From the NCBI RefSeq assembly GCF_004010195.1, contig NC_057728.1, positions 41,374,179 through 41,438,178 of the forward strand: DNA of 64,000 bases, written 5' to 3'. Both the position numbers and the translations under genes were made by a program. Of the stretch, positions 1 through 12,473 are shown in pieces. Origin of the DNA: Chiloscyllium plagiosum. Its lineage: Eukaryota. Every line of letters starts with the position of its first letter. Position 1 is the first letter of the stretch. The notes below the pieces were generated by a model. The model had not been told where the DNA came from and made no database searches. It saw nothing but the letters and a program-made list of their open reading frames with translations.

Positions 1-290
1 AGACGGGGGAGTGGGGGGACGTGGGGTGAGAGAGACGCGGGGTGGTGGTGACAGCGTAAGTAATGGGAGGGTAATGTGGGTCAGAGGGGAGAAGGTTGTG
101 GCAATGAGTGGGAGAAAAAGGCTTGATGAGCGAGGTGAGGGAGGTGGGAAAGAGAGATGTGGTGGCAGGGGAATTGGATAGTGTTGGCGAAGGAGAAAGT
201 GAGATGGGAAGGAGGGAAGGAGAATAGAATATAGTGGTGGAAACTCCGTGAGTGATGGGATAGTGATGGTGTGGTGGGAAAAAGGGAGTG
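1..290 (+). repeat. G/A-rich low-complexity tract (TMBIM4 intron 1)
   Basis: Strong G/purine skew with G runs at 5-9, 13-18, 23-26 and 39-42. Confidence 0.7.
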
Positions 291-456
291 AGTCTTTTCC
301 TGTACTTTAGAACTTTGTAAAAATTTGTCTGTTTCTAAAAGTCACTTCACAAATCCTTATTTCATGTGAAATGGGATAAGGTAGAAGTCTTCTCCCTTTT
401 AAGAGAAATTAATAGGTCCATTTAAGAAGGGGTATTGTGGGACTTTCAGTTATTAA

Positions 457-1290
457 GTCATAGAGATGTAAGATGGAAACAGACCCTTCAGTCCAACTCA
501 TCCATGCGGACCAGATATCCTAACCTAATCTAGTCCCATTTGCCAGCACTTGCCCCATAATCTCTCAAAAGCCTTCCTATTCATATACCCATGCAGATGC
601 CTGTCAAATCTTGCAATTGTACTAGCCTCCACCACTTCCTCTGGCAGCTCATTACATATGTGCACCACTTTGTGAGAAAAAGTTGCCCTTTGGATCCCTT
701 CTAAATTTTCTCCTCTCACCCTAAACCTTTGCCGTCTAGTTCTGGACTCCCCCACCCCAGGGAAAAGACTTTGTCCATTTATCCGATCCATGCCTGTCAT
801 GATTTTATAAACCTCTATAAGGTCACCCCTCACCCCCAGCTTCTCCCTATAGCTCAAATCCTTCAACCCTGGCAACATCCTTGTAAATCTTTTCTGAACC
901 CTTTCAAGTTTCACAGCATCCTTCGAAAAGGAAGAAGACCAGAATTGCATGCAATATTCCAAAGGTGGCGTAACCAATGTCCTGTACAGCCGCAACATGA
1001 CCCTCTAACTCCTTTAGTCCATGTTCTTAAAGGAAAGCATACCAAATGCCGCCTTCACTATCCTATCTACCTGCGACTCTACTTTCAAGGAACTATGAAC
1101 CTGCAATCCAAGATCTCTTTGTTCAGCAACACTTCCCAGGACCTTACCATTAAGTGTAGGACCTTACCATTAAGTGTATAAGTCATGCTCTGATTTGCTT
1201 TTCCAAAATGCAGCGCCTCGCACTTATCTAAATTAAAATCCATCTGCCACTCCTCAACCCATTGGCCCATCTGATCAATGTCCCGTTGTC
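457..1290 (-). mobile_element. CR1 LINE 3' fragment (degenerate RT C-terminus + 3' tail)
   Basis: ORF 525-998 (LYRTLVTPPLEYCMQFWS...LERVQKRFTRMLPG); tail at the left end; internal 20-bp tandem duplication at ~1139-1178. Confidence 0.9.
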
Positions 1291-1565
1291 TGAGTCTTAG
1301 AACTGTAATTTCAACTGGTTCAGTGGCCAAGGTATGATGAGGGCTACGGCATCTGGGCAAGTTAAACTATGAAATATGTGACCAGGTGGGAAAGCTTTGT
1401 GGAGAAAATAGGAATCACAGAGCTATGTTTTCTTTGGATATCATTGGGTCTGTGATTTGTTCTGGGTGACATGGTGTTTATTTGTGGATGACCAATTAGT
1501 CTGAAAGGTGGCAAGGAGAGATCATCAGCTGCAGGTGATAGAAGAGAAAGGTGTAGAAAGGGTTT

Positions 1566-1672
1566 TGAGGTGATGGTAGTGTCCATACTTATGAACTTGA
1601 AGGCCCAAGTTCAAGTCCCAACTACTCCAAAAGTGGGTAATAACATCTCAGAACAGGTTGATTAGAAAATCT
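1566..1672 (+). mobile_element. Short degenerate tRNA-derived SINE head
   Basis: Box B-like AGTTCAAGTCCC preceded by box A-like TGGTAGTGTCC. Confidence 0.4.
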
Positions 1673-1826
1673 TTGGAAAGGCTATCTCTAAATGACAACA
1701 CAATAGTGAAAACAATACGGTACTTTGAAGAGATTAATAAATATGTCATTAGAACCACAATGTTCCTTGTGACATAAATGTTGCCTCTAGATGTTATATT
1801 TAATGTCAGTTCTTTCCTTGTGATAG

Positions 1827-1935
1827 GGTTCCTGCGGAAGGTATACACCATCTTGTCTGTCCAGATTATTCTTACTACTGTGACATCTGCTGTGTTCATG
1901 TATAGTGATACAATCAAGGGTGTCGTTCACGGAAG
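1827..1935 (+). CDS. TMBIM4: TMBIM4 coding exon 2 (109 nt)
   Basis: TAG|GG...AG|GTAAC; translates [35 protein letters not shown], matching the TMBIM4/Bax inhibitor-1 family FLRKVY motif. Confidence 0.93.
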
Positions 1936-2036
1936 GTAACTTGTATTAGTTTTGTAATATACATTACATTGGATTAGGTCACCATTTCCCATAATTGTTT
2001 TGTTTTTGTCGTGACTAAGGTATGATGTGATGTGAG

Positions 2037-2210
2037 GAGAAAGTGAGGGCTGCAGATGCTGGAGATCAGAGCTGAAAATGTGTTGCTGGAAAAGCGCAGC
2101 AGGTCAGGCAGCATCCAAGGAAAAGAGAATCGACGTTTCGGGCATAAGCCTGAAGAAGGGCTTATGCCCGAAACATCGATTCTCCTGTTCCTTGGATGCT
2201 GCCTGACCTC
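2037..2210. mobile_element. Short Penelope-like element terminus with inverted duplication and hammerhead-like core
   Basis: Palindromic body 2101-2209; CTGAAGA...GAAACATC at 2150; 15-bp TSD ATGATGTGATGTGAG at 2022-2036 and 2211-2225. Confidence 0.8.
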
Positions 2211-2319
2211 ATGATGTGATGTGAGCATTCCAGTAATTAAGTTTATCTAATTCCAGTTCTAATATTGAAGTAGATTACAAATGTTCTTCTGTTGCCACTG
2301 TATAATGAAGCTTTTTTAA

Positions 2320-2655
2320 AAATTCATTCAAGGAATGTTGGCATCAGTGGCAAAGCCAGCATTTATTACTCCATAACTCTTCAGATACAGTTGTGTCAAT
2401 CACATTGTTGTGGGTTTGGAGTCACATGTAGGCCAAACCAGGTAAGGACAGCCGTTAATTTCCCTAAAGGACATTAGTGAACCAGATGGGTTTTCCCAAC
2501 AATCGACAATGAATTCATGGTCATCATTAGACTTTTAATTCCAGATTTTCTTGGATTCAATTTTTACTATTTGCCATGGGGAATTTGAACCTGGGTCCCC
2601 ACAACATTACCAGGATCTCTGGGTCTAGCAATAATACTACAATTCATTATCTCCT
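2320..2655 (-). mobile_element. Deu-domain SINE (SacSINE1-like)
   Basis: CCCTAAAGGACATTAGTGAACCAGATGGG core, tRNA-like head at the right end; second copy at 27.8-28.1 kb. Confidence 0.65.
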
Positions 2656-2733
2656 CTGAATTTAAAATTTAATAAAAATATGTATTATTTTTCTATGTGT
2701 GCTTCTAACTTGATTACCTTGTTTCCATTCTAG

Positions 2734-2839
2734 CCCTGAATTGGTGTTGGTAGCATGTTTAGGATCGCTGGGTCTAATAATTGCTCTGGCGATTTATAGA
2801 CATCAACATCCCATTAATCTGTATCTCCTGTTTGCTTTT
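2734..2839 (+). CDS. TMBIM4: TMBIM4 coding exon 3 (106 nt)
   Basis: TAG|C...[44 protein letters not shown]; phase matches exon 2. Confidence 0.95.
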
Positions 2840-3454
2840 GTAAGTACTCAACAAAGTAATTGAATTGAGATCATATACAGATATGTTAACTAAATATCAC
2901 TGAGTTAAATTGCTAAAGGCATTATTTTATCAGTTTCTTGTTTCTGTACTGAAAGAAAGTTTGTCTAACCAACTTTTCTTGTGAGAGTCAATTGTGAAAT
3001 GTTTGGTTGAGAAATCTGGCCATACACGAATAAAGTATGCTCCTGTAGAATAATTGAAAGTAAAGCTATTCTTTGATTTTTGTAAATATTTTTAATATTC
3101 TCATGGAAAACTAAAACCAGATCTTAAAAATTAAATTGTTTACATAAATTTAGAAAGTTGCCAAATGAGAACATGTAGGTCCTGGTTTCTATTCATAAAA
3201 CCAATTAAATACAAGCATTACATTGAGGCTTCATTATTTCATAAATTTGTTATAATTCTGAAGTTTATCATAATGTTCAAGATTGTATTATACTGAACTT
3301 TAAATGTTTATAAATTTGTGTAATGATTTTAACAAATGTGCTTTTGACAGTTCAGGCTATTTTTGTTACTAATTTTTCTTCAAGGCTAAAAGCAATTTCT
3401 CCTATGAACTGAATCCTGCATCCCTGTAAGTTTAGCAGACTGGGTTTAGATGTT

Positions 3455-3590
3455 TGGCGAAAGTAAGTACTTACTGCAGATGATGAAGATTAGAGTCAAG
3501 AGTGTGGTGCTGGAAAAGCACAGCAGGTCAGGCAGCATCCGAGCAACAGGAAAGTCGATGTTTCGGGCAAAAGCCTTTCATCGGGAATCA
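3455..3590 (-). mobile_element. Short Penelope-like terminal element
   Basis: Family sequence GTGCTGGAAAAGCACAGCAGGTCAGGCAGCATCC; 14-bp TSD TGGGTTTAGATGTT at 3441-3454 and 3591-3604. Confidence 0.8.
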
Positions 3591-3931
3591 TGGGTTTAGA
3601 TGTTGCCAGCAGTTGTATTATATAATTCATTGAAAATCACTAAAGATGCTCATCACATTTTCCTATCAGTGAATAAATTTACAGTGTATTAGGATTATGT
3701 GCCACTTGTTAGCTATGTATTTACAAGTTAATTGATCTACACAATCCAAATCATACAACATGGTGGGAAATCAATACAATACAATAGCAATAGCATTGGA
3801 ATATAATCTTCTAGTGTTAAAATCAGTTATTTCTTACAAGCTCTGGCAAAAGTTAACATTTCCAAATGTGGTTGTTAGATATCTCTAGCTAACATAAATC
3901 ACATTTCAGTTATAGTTCAATCTGTTTCGGT

Positions 3932-4150
3932 TAGGAGAAAGTAAAGACTGCAGTTGCTGGAGATCAGAGTCAAAAAATGTGGTGCTGGAAAAGCACAGCT
4001 GGTCAGGCAGCATCCAAGGAACAGGAGGTTTGATGTTTCAGGCATAAGCTCTTCATCAGGAGTAAGCTCTGAAGAGCTTTGCTCAAAACATCGACTCTTA
4101 GGATGCTGCCTGATCGGTTGTGCTTTACCAGCACCACGCTTTTTGAATCT
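3932..4150. mobile_element. Short Penelope-like element with inverted termini
   Basis: Same family present in both orientations. Confidence 0.75.
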
Positions 4151-4681
4151 ATTTTATTTGTGCAGTACTTACTGACTGTCAAAACTGACAACTGTGGGCT
4201 AATTTCCCTGTAAGTTCTATGCCTAAAAGCCATGTTAAAATTGGCAGTTGTCCCTAATTGCTAGCCAGAAGTTGTTTCTGTGTAACCTGGGTTCCACATC
4301 TTAATCCTTTGACTAATTACAATTCAGCTTGAATTTGGGGTAACTTCTGTCCTGACGAATTTTAAATTGCTTGACCTAGTCTGTCCCATAGATAATGCTT
4401 CCGTCAAAATTGATTTTAAAAGTTGGTGTGGAACGATGCGCTGTATATCTTTAAAGTTGTGATCACAATCTGTTTGAAGTAAAATTGGAAAATGCTGGAG
4501 AGGTTCAGGTCTGGCAGCATCTGTGGAGAGAGAAAAACCATTAACGTTTTGTGTGTGTTATATGTTTGTTGTCATTTTTGATCAGACATTTTTGTCTTGG
4601 GTTTTTAGTAGGAGAGTTGCCCACGGTAGCTGCATGTGTTTTTTAAACATTTAATGAATAAAGTAAATGTTTTCTCCACAG

Positions 4682-4715
4682 ACCCTGCTGGAAGCTTCAA
4701 CTGTGGCTGCTGCTG
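4682..4715 (+). CDS. TMBIM4: TMBIM4 coding exon 4 (34 nt)
   Basis: CAG|ACC...G|GTAAG; TLLEASTVAAA. Confidence 0.92.
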
Positions 4716-6120
4716 GTAAGGGCTTTTTCTCCATTTTTAGCTTTTGTTTGCAGGAATACATGATTTAACTCAACATATTACAAGTAATGGGTTATTTGTT
4801 TCTGCTAATGTGCGTATGAACAGTCATATCATCATCTTGGTTCTATCAATCTTTCTTCTTTTGCTTTACTACTAGCAAAGTTTGACTAGGGAAAGCATGG
4901 TATGTAAATATCATGTAAAAATTTGAGCAATTTTCCTGGTTTATAATTCCTTGGGTGGAAGATGGTAGTGGAGATACCTGATATTGATATGATTCCACAT
5001 TGATATACTTGGTAATTGAATTATGGAACCAAATTGATCCTCTTTGATAAAATTGCTAATAGTCTTTGACAAGCTGGCCCACAATACTCCGATATAATAG
5101 ATTACCACACAGTGTTTGTATTTTTCCTGCAGTTGCATCAGATAACCTCATTGGAGAGAGTAATCCAAGCCAGACAAAGGAACAACATGTTTATTAATGC
5201 TCAGCTTTGTAATTGCAATTTTAGCTGTGCACACATTTGGCAGTTTGAGTTTTGCTTTATGAAGATGAAATGTATCATGTAAATAAACTGAACACTTGTA
5301 GGTGCAGTGTTCCCAATAACTTGAATTTGAGACTTTTACACATAAACCCATTATGATGTGTATGTTAGGATGGAGTGTGTGTTGCCAGTGCCAAGGTGGC
5401 CACCTGCACATGTGCAGACGGCAATGCTAAAGTCACACCACTGCACAGGGCCTGTTGAACACCTCCATTGCTCCCTGTCATACTTCACATTACTTGTTTT
5501 CCCTCTGGACCCCTCTTGGTTGCTTCCCTCACTACATGGCATGCCACTTCCTTTACAACAGAACTTTCTGGCTGCTCCTTTTGCCTTGGTTGTTGCAAAG
5601 GCCTCCTGTTGACTGCATGCCTAATTGCACACCTCACCACTTCACTCATACAATGAGGACAACAACAGGTGAGGCATAGAGGGCTCTTTCTCACTGTGCC
5701 TCTTAGTCAACGGTTTTCTAATTAATTTCAGGGGTACCTCATGGATGGTCTAGTAGCGTAGTACAGCTTATTTAAAACCACATACATGTCAATTCTGCCA
5801 AACTATAATGGCAGTGCTAAGTTGTGTTTTCACGTGTGCTCGGTGGCTGTGCCACCTCACTCTGGTATTGGAAATTAATGCAGTTATATTAGAGCAATAA
5901 CAGGAAAAGCAACATAACTGTTTAAATTTTATGAGTTGAAATCTGAGAGTTATGTTAAGTTTTGTTTGCCTGTATGAAATTGCTTTTAGAAATCCATGCC
6001 TTTGTGTCTAATCATTATCAGATACTGCAGTAAATCAAATGTTGCTTCAGAGATATATTGCGAACAGTCTGTCTGTTCGGTGACTGACAATGTTTTAAAT
6101 CTGTCCTCTTTCATTTTTAG

Positions 6121-6238
6121 TCACTTTCTATGATTATTCAGTGGTTCTGCAAGCATTCATTCTGACTACAGCTGTATTTGTTGCATTGACTGTCTACACA
6201 TTTCAGTCAAAGAGGGATTTCAGCAAATATGGAGCAGG
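6121..6238 (+). CDS. TMBIM4: TMBIM4 coding exon 5 (118 nt)
   Basis: TAG|TC...[46 protein letters not shown]. Confidence 0.95.
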
Positions 6239-6540
6239 GTATGTTCACTGGAAAGAGAAAACCGGATATGCTTTAAGTTCTACGTAATGTCCTTTTAGTT
6301 TTGGATACTATGATACTACGTAGTTTTAAAGATGAATTTTTTAGATAATGTACTTTTTTAAACATCTGGAAATAAATTGCCACTATAAATTGCTGCATTG
6401 TGACCTGAAGACAGCTGTTACATAGTTCATTCTTGTCCTGATCCTGAGCCATGGCTGAGTTTGGAAATTTTCATTTAGATCTCTTATTTCTACACTGTGG
6501 CTCTTCAGTGCACTTTTTGAACTCAAATGATAGGAGTCTT

Positions 6541-6844
6541 TTTAGATTAGATTAATTACAGAGTGGAAACAGGCCCTTCGGCCCAACAAGTCCACACCGC
6601 CCCGCCAAAGCGCAACCCGCCCATACCCCTACATTTACCCCTTACCTAACACTACGGGCAATTTAGCATGGCCAATTCACCTGACCTGCACATCTTTGGA
6701 CTGTGGGAGGAAACCGGAGCACCCGGAGGAAACCCACACAGACACGGGGAGAACGTGCAAACTCCACACAGTCAGTCGCCTGAGGTGGGAATTGAACCCG
6801 GGTCTCTGGTGCTGTGAGGCAGCAGTGCTAACCACTGTGCCACC
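6541..6844 (-). mobile_element. HE1-like tRNA-derived SINE
   Basis: Box A/B head (TGGCACAGTGG, GGGTTCAATTCCC on the minus strand), (AATCT)n tail, flanking GAGTCTT direct repeat. Confidence 0.85.
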
Positions 6845-7074
6845 GAGTCTTAACACTTTGGGTGCTAACTACAAGGTTATAACAATAAGCAATCCATAAT
6901 TATTTTAATTGCATAAAATATAGAGTCGCCTGAGGTGGGAATTGAACCCGGGTCTCTGGCGCTGTGAGGCAGCAGTGCTAACCACTGTGCCACCGAGTCT
7001 TAACATTTTGGGTGCTAACTACAAAGGTTATAACAATAAGCAATCCATAATTATTTTAATTGCATAAAATATAG
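6774..7074 (+). repeat. 150-bp tandem duplication (6774-6923 / 6924-7074)
   Basis: Two copies differ at only ~3 positions; spans the SINE head plus unique flank. Confidence 0.9.
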
Positions 7075-7904
7075 AAACTATTATTTACAGTGTAAGTGAC
7101 ATTGATTCAGGACACAATAATAGTATCTGTGATGTCCTGCAGTTGCACATTCTGCTAAAATTCACTCAGTGACATCATAGGTTAAGTACCAAAGGACTTC
7201 ATTTGCCTAGGGAATAATTTCAGAAATTACAATTTTGTAAAGGGAAGTGAAGAATGCCAAATGTTATGCCCTGGTTTATATTACAATGTAAGTTTCTGTT
7301 CAATAATACATTACATCTAAAACTTGTGGAAATCTTACTGTAGTAGTACTGTTGATATATATCATTGTAAATTACTTGCACAGATAAGAATTATTTGTTG
7401 AAGAGCCATTGTGTGTTGTTAAATGTTGTGTAACAATGTTCATGGCCACTACCAGTAGACTACAGATAAGTATATTAAGCAGACAAAAAGTGTCAGTCCT
7501 GGTAACTACTTTTTTGTAATGACCAAATTGGGAAGGAAATGATGTCACTGTGTTTTATAGTAGTAATTTCAAATTCAGTTCAGAAGTCAAACTGGCCATT
7601 TAAAAAAAAAATCAATTTGTTTATGGAATGTAGGTGTTGCGTAGGCTAGCATTTGTTCTTAAAACGATTTTGAGGATTTTAATCTGAGAGCATGTACTCT
7701 CAATTAATTGTTTGTATACTTGCATAACTTTAGGGGATTGACCAAAGCACAAAATAGCGAAGTTACCAATATGCCATATCTTAACAGTTTCCACAGACCT
7801 GATGATGCTTAGCCTTAATTGTCACATCCAGTTTATAATTAGAGTTATTATCTGCATTGGGTAATGATTAAATTGCAATTTTTAAATTTTTGTCTTCTCC
7901 TTAG

Positions 7905-7950
7905 TCTTTTTGCATGTCTGTGGATTTTGTTCCTGGCTGGATTTTTAAGA
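7905..7950 (+). CDS. TMBIM4: TMBIM4 coding exon 6 (46 nt)
   Basis: TAG|T...AGA|GTAAGT; LFACLWILFLAGFLR. Confidence 0.93.
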
Positions 7951-8655
7951 GTAAGTATTGGTTGCTTTAAATGGTACGAAATTAATTGGTTTAAATCATA
8001 ATACATTTACTGTGGATTTCACTGTACATATGTGGCTAGAGACATGGGTATAGGTAAATTAGTTGGATTTTATTAATTTAATATGCCTCTTTATAAATTA
8101 TTTCATTCTTTTGTGAGATTCATGTAATATTTTCTGCTGCCATATGTAGACAAAAGCTTTAAGGCCCTGCTGCAAAGCTATACTTTGTGTATCTGATAGA
8201 AATAAGGCCCTGACAGAAGTCATAACCTTGGATCAGTAAGGTTTCCATGTAACTGTATAATTTCCTCTGGTGAAAATAATCCAATATGATGTCTAGTCCT
8301 GGAGGGAGGGAGTAATTCTTGATATATTTTAGTGAATATCCAAAGAGAATTATTTTTGATAGTGGGACAGCTAAACTGTGCACACACCACCTGTATTAGA
8401 TTTAATTAGTGATCTATTTGTATGGCCTCTTAGTGCTAGAACATCAGTTGAGAACAAGGTGCTGTCAGAGATATCGTTTAATGCTTCTGTTCTGGGGCTA
8501 ATCAAAATAAGCTGGATTGTTGATGTGAATCTTGAAACATTTACATTGTAGAATTAGTGGATCCAGGGTTAATTATGTATCATTTAAAAGTAGAGAAAGT
8601 AATTGCATTAAATACAAGAGAATTCCTAACATGTTTGTCTGTTAATTTTCTTTAG

Positions 8656-8862
8656 CTGTTCTTCTTGAGTGACACAGTGGAGCTTGTATTTGCATCTGCA
8701 GGAGCTCTCCTCTTCTGTGGCTTTATCATCTATGATACACATGTTTTGATGCACAAGCTTTCACCTGAAGAATATGTACTGGCTTCAATTAACTTATATT
8801 TGGATATCATTAATCTCTTCTTGCATATCCTTCGAATCCTGCAATCACTTAACAAGAAGTAA
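8656..8862 (+). CDS. TMBIM4: TMBIM4 last coding exon
   Basis: [79 protein letters not shown] and LYLDIINLF signatures. Confidence 0.97.
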   Translation: MFFLSDTVELVFASAGALLFCGFIIYDTHVLMHKLSPEEYVLASINLYLDIINLFLHILRILQSLNKK

Positions 8863-9329
8863 TCTCTAGGATTATTGCAGAAAAAAGATGTTAATATATC
8901 TCTAACTTAAATTTAATGAAGGGGTGCCCTTTGTGTATGGACTTGCTGATTTATTATCTAACTTTGTTCTTAGTGATCGTATCTGTATTTGTTGTCTGCT
9001 GTAGATAGTTTTAACTAATAATCATCAATTTGTATAGTTTTGCTTGATGGCACTTCTGGGTGAATAGTTGAAGAAAAATATTATAAATTGTGGAGGAACA
9101 CCAATCCAGACCTAAAATCCAACATATTTTCAGCTTTGTTTGATTTGAATTTAGAGAGCTTAATTTTTTAAAAATCTGAATGAAATTTGATGCTAAACTG
9201 GAAAAAAGTAATTCTAAATGTGACATGGATTCAATGAAAGATTTTTTGTCTGTTCTTTTCTATTGTAATTTGTGTTTATAGGTTGAAGTCCTATTCTGTA
9301 AGAAAAAATCATTTGAGTGCAATCATTTG

Positions 9330-9335
9330 AATAAA
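9330..9335 (+). terminator. Likely TMBIM4 polyadenylation signal
   Basis: AATAAA ~470 nt after the stop codon, followed by T-rich sequence. Confidence 0.55.
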
Positions 9336-10279
9336 ATCTGTAGTTCACATTTTATACTTTAGTGCCTATTTTAAAAGATATATAATGATTTTGTCTTGTA
9401 CTCAGCAAACAATTACAAAATACCTCCTTTTGTTTAGGGACCTACACATGTGAAGGCATGGCTGACAAAGGTGGACTGATGTAAAGTGAATAAGTGACTT
9501 GAGGTGGAGAATCATGGAGTAGAGAAAATTACAGAGGGATAAGGGATTTGTAAAACATAGTGAGAAATGTTAAATTTTTTTTAAAAAGGTCAAAAGTGCC
9601 AATTGATATTTGATATTGAGAACTACTCGGGTCTTTTCATCCATCCCTATCCCACCTTAGACTGTCAATTTGTGTTTATTTTTAATTTGGGACAAATTAT
9701 TTATTCAGACCCAAGCTGAAGTGTCCTTTACCTCAGATTTATAAAAAGGCACATTTTGGCAAATATGTAGACCTTTTGTTTTCATTTATAGTATCTGACA
9801 TGGTCTACTTGAAGTATTAAAATGGGACATTTCATGCAACAGTACCTACAGATACACTTCAAGTAGATCAAGAATGCACGCTAGTTAAACTCTGAGAGGT
9901 TAGAAAATGGAACTGGTGACTATCATGAATGAAACTTAGCATAAAACTTAAGTAAATACATAAATGGGGAAAGGAATAGAGTTAAATAGTGGAAAGCAGG
10001 TTATATGAAATATAAGCTGAGCCACATGTCTGTTCATGCTATGTTTGTCAGATCCTAGTAAAGACCAATAACTTATTAAAAAGCAAAGTAGAACTTCCAG
10101 TGAATGACGAAAATGATGAAAAACAAGATTTCAAGTTTGATTTATCCAAAAAACATTGAATTAACACACTTTCCGAAAGCTACTTATCCCTATTTAACTT
10201 TTACAATAACCAAAAATACACTTGCCACAGTTAAATGTTGCTCTGTCTCTTATGTAGACTTTATTTTCCTCAATCAGTC

Positions 10280-11032
10280 CAAGTTGTTGACAGTGAGGAA
10301 GGATGTGTCAGGTTACAGCGGGTTATAGATAAGCTGCAGAGCTGGGCAGAAAGCTGGCAAATGGAGTTCAATGTGGGTAAGTGTGAGGTGATTCACTTTG
10401 GTATGAGTAACAAAAAGATGGGGTACTGGGCTAATGGTCGGATACTTGGTAGTGTGGATGAGCAGAGGGATCTTGGTGTCAATGTACACAGATCTCTGAA
10501 AGTTGCCACCCAGGTAAATAGTGCGGTGAAGAAGGCATATGGCGTACTGGCTTTTATTGGTAGAGGAATTGAGTTCCGGAGCCCTGAGGTCATGTTGCAG
10601 TTGTATAAGACTCTGGTGCGGCCGCATCTGGAGTATTGTGGGCAGTTTTGGTCGCCATATTATAGGAACGATCTGGAGGCACTGGAACGGGTGCAGAGGA
10701 GGTTTACCAGGATGTTGCCTGGTACGATAGGAAGATCGTATGAGGAAAGGCTGAGGCACTTGGGGCTGTTTTCATTGGAGAAAAGAAGGTTTAGGGGTGA
10801 CTTGATAGAGGTGTACAAGATGATTAGGGGGTAGGTTCTTTACTCAGTGAGTCGTGAGTTCATGGAATGCCCTGCCAGTAGCAGTGGTGTACTCTCCCTC
10901 TTTATGGGCATTTAAACAGGCATTGGATAGGCATATGGAGGATAGAGGCTAGTGTAGGTTAGGTGGGCTTGGATCGGTGCAACATCGAGGGCCAAAGGGC
11001 CTGTACTGCGCTGTATTTTTCTATGTTCTAAC
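10280..11032 (+). mobile_element. CR1 LINE 3' fragment
   Basis: ORF 10235-10834 (WQMEFNVGKCEVIHFG...LYKTLVRPHLEYC); internal deletion near 10830; CTATGTTCTA tail. Confidence 0.92.
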
Positions 11033-11531
11033 TATTCTTCCTTTTCCAACCACATAAACTTTATTGTCCAAGCTGACTTTTATGGTAAAGGATGAGTTAG
11101 AAATCTCTCCCCGTAGCCATTGCTAGGTGAATCTTTCAGCTTGTTTTTAAACTTGATGAATTGAGTCTCTTCTGTATAAACATGAGCTCCTTGCTGCAAC
11201 CTTGCTGCCTCTATCTTTCAGCTCTCTATTCACTCTCTCTTTCTCTCTGCTATTTCTAATACTTGTGGTTACTATCTTCTGTTTTCAATTTGACTTCAGT
11301 GGTCCAAGAGAAAAGTACAATCATCAGTGAACTCCCAAACAAAACCAAGAAACCTCCATCACATAACTCCAGACACTTCTGCATCTAAGTTGAAAACAAA
11401 GTAACTAGACTTTAACTCACATTTTTCTATTATTTGTGCAATTCCTCTTCATTTCTGAATTTAGTTTTAAAATCCAAGATCCAGGTACTTTCCTGTTGAA
11501 AACATTGTAGATTGTCATATTCTCTCTTCTG

Positions 11532-11669
11532 AGCTGAAAATTCCTGAAGAAGGGCTTATGCCCGAAACGTCGATTCTCCTGTTCCCTGGATGCTGCCTGA
11601 CCTGCTGCGCTTTTCCAGCAACACATTTTCAGCTCTGATCTCCAGCATCTGCAGACCTCACTTTCTCCT
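11532..11669 (+). mobile_element. Short Penelope-like element with intact minimal hammerhead core (11544-11571)
   Basis: CTGAAGA-A-GGGC-TTAT-GCCC-GAAA-C-GTC; 16-bp TSD CATATTCTCTCTTCTG at 11516-11531 and 11670-11685. Confidence 0.82.
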
Positions 11670-12473
11670 CATATTCTCTCTTCTGCAGTTTTACAAGCAA
11701 GATTACCACTCCATGCAATTATCAGATTTCTTTATTCTGATCAATAAGCCCTTGCAGGTTTACTTAAGCTGTTGTGTTTGTGTTGTTACAGTAAGATATG
11801 AAACCAACACATTTGTCTGGAAATAGGATAACCACTTTGCCACACAATGACAGCATCTTCCTCTCACTTAAATCTAAGGAATTTCACATTATTCCAATAA
11901 CATTATGGCTTCTGGAATTGTATTTTTATTGCAGTCACTGCACAAGACATTAAAACAGTACCCTGGAAAATTAACAAAGTTGTTTACATGCCTAGTTTGG
12001 AAATTTATATTTTTAATTGAATAAATATAAAAGGAACATACATCTTTGTTTAGGTCATTTATCATGAGTCAGAATTTTCTTGGAAAGTAACATTTACAGT
12101 AAATGCTATTAGCAGAGTAAAAGCACGTTTTAGTGAGGGAAAAGTTGCAAATCATGCAGCAATTTGTGGTGATTTTCATAGAAAATGTGAACTTGCCATT
12201 AATCTTGCTGAGTTTCAAGGAATTGCTGTATTTGCGATATAAATAAATACAAAATTCTCTGCAGAAATATCTAGCCATTATTGCACGACATTTCCAGACT
12301 TTTAGTGACTGGCTTTGAACCTGTATAATACTTTTCCACTAAAAGGCCCCGAAAGAGGAAAAAGAAAGTCTTATTTCACTTCTAAGGTTTTTTTACAATA
12401 TTTTTCTTTTAAGCGTCTTCTTTCTTTCATTCTCTTTTCTGTATCTAATTAGGACACTCGACTTGTAATTTAG

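Noticed and set aside
5390..5870. Possible DNA-transposon remnant
   Set aside because: Only a GC shift; no TIRs or transposase motif that I could support
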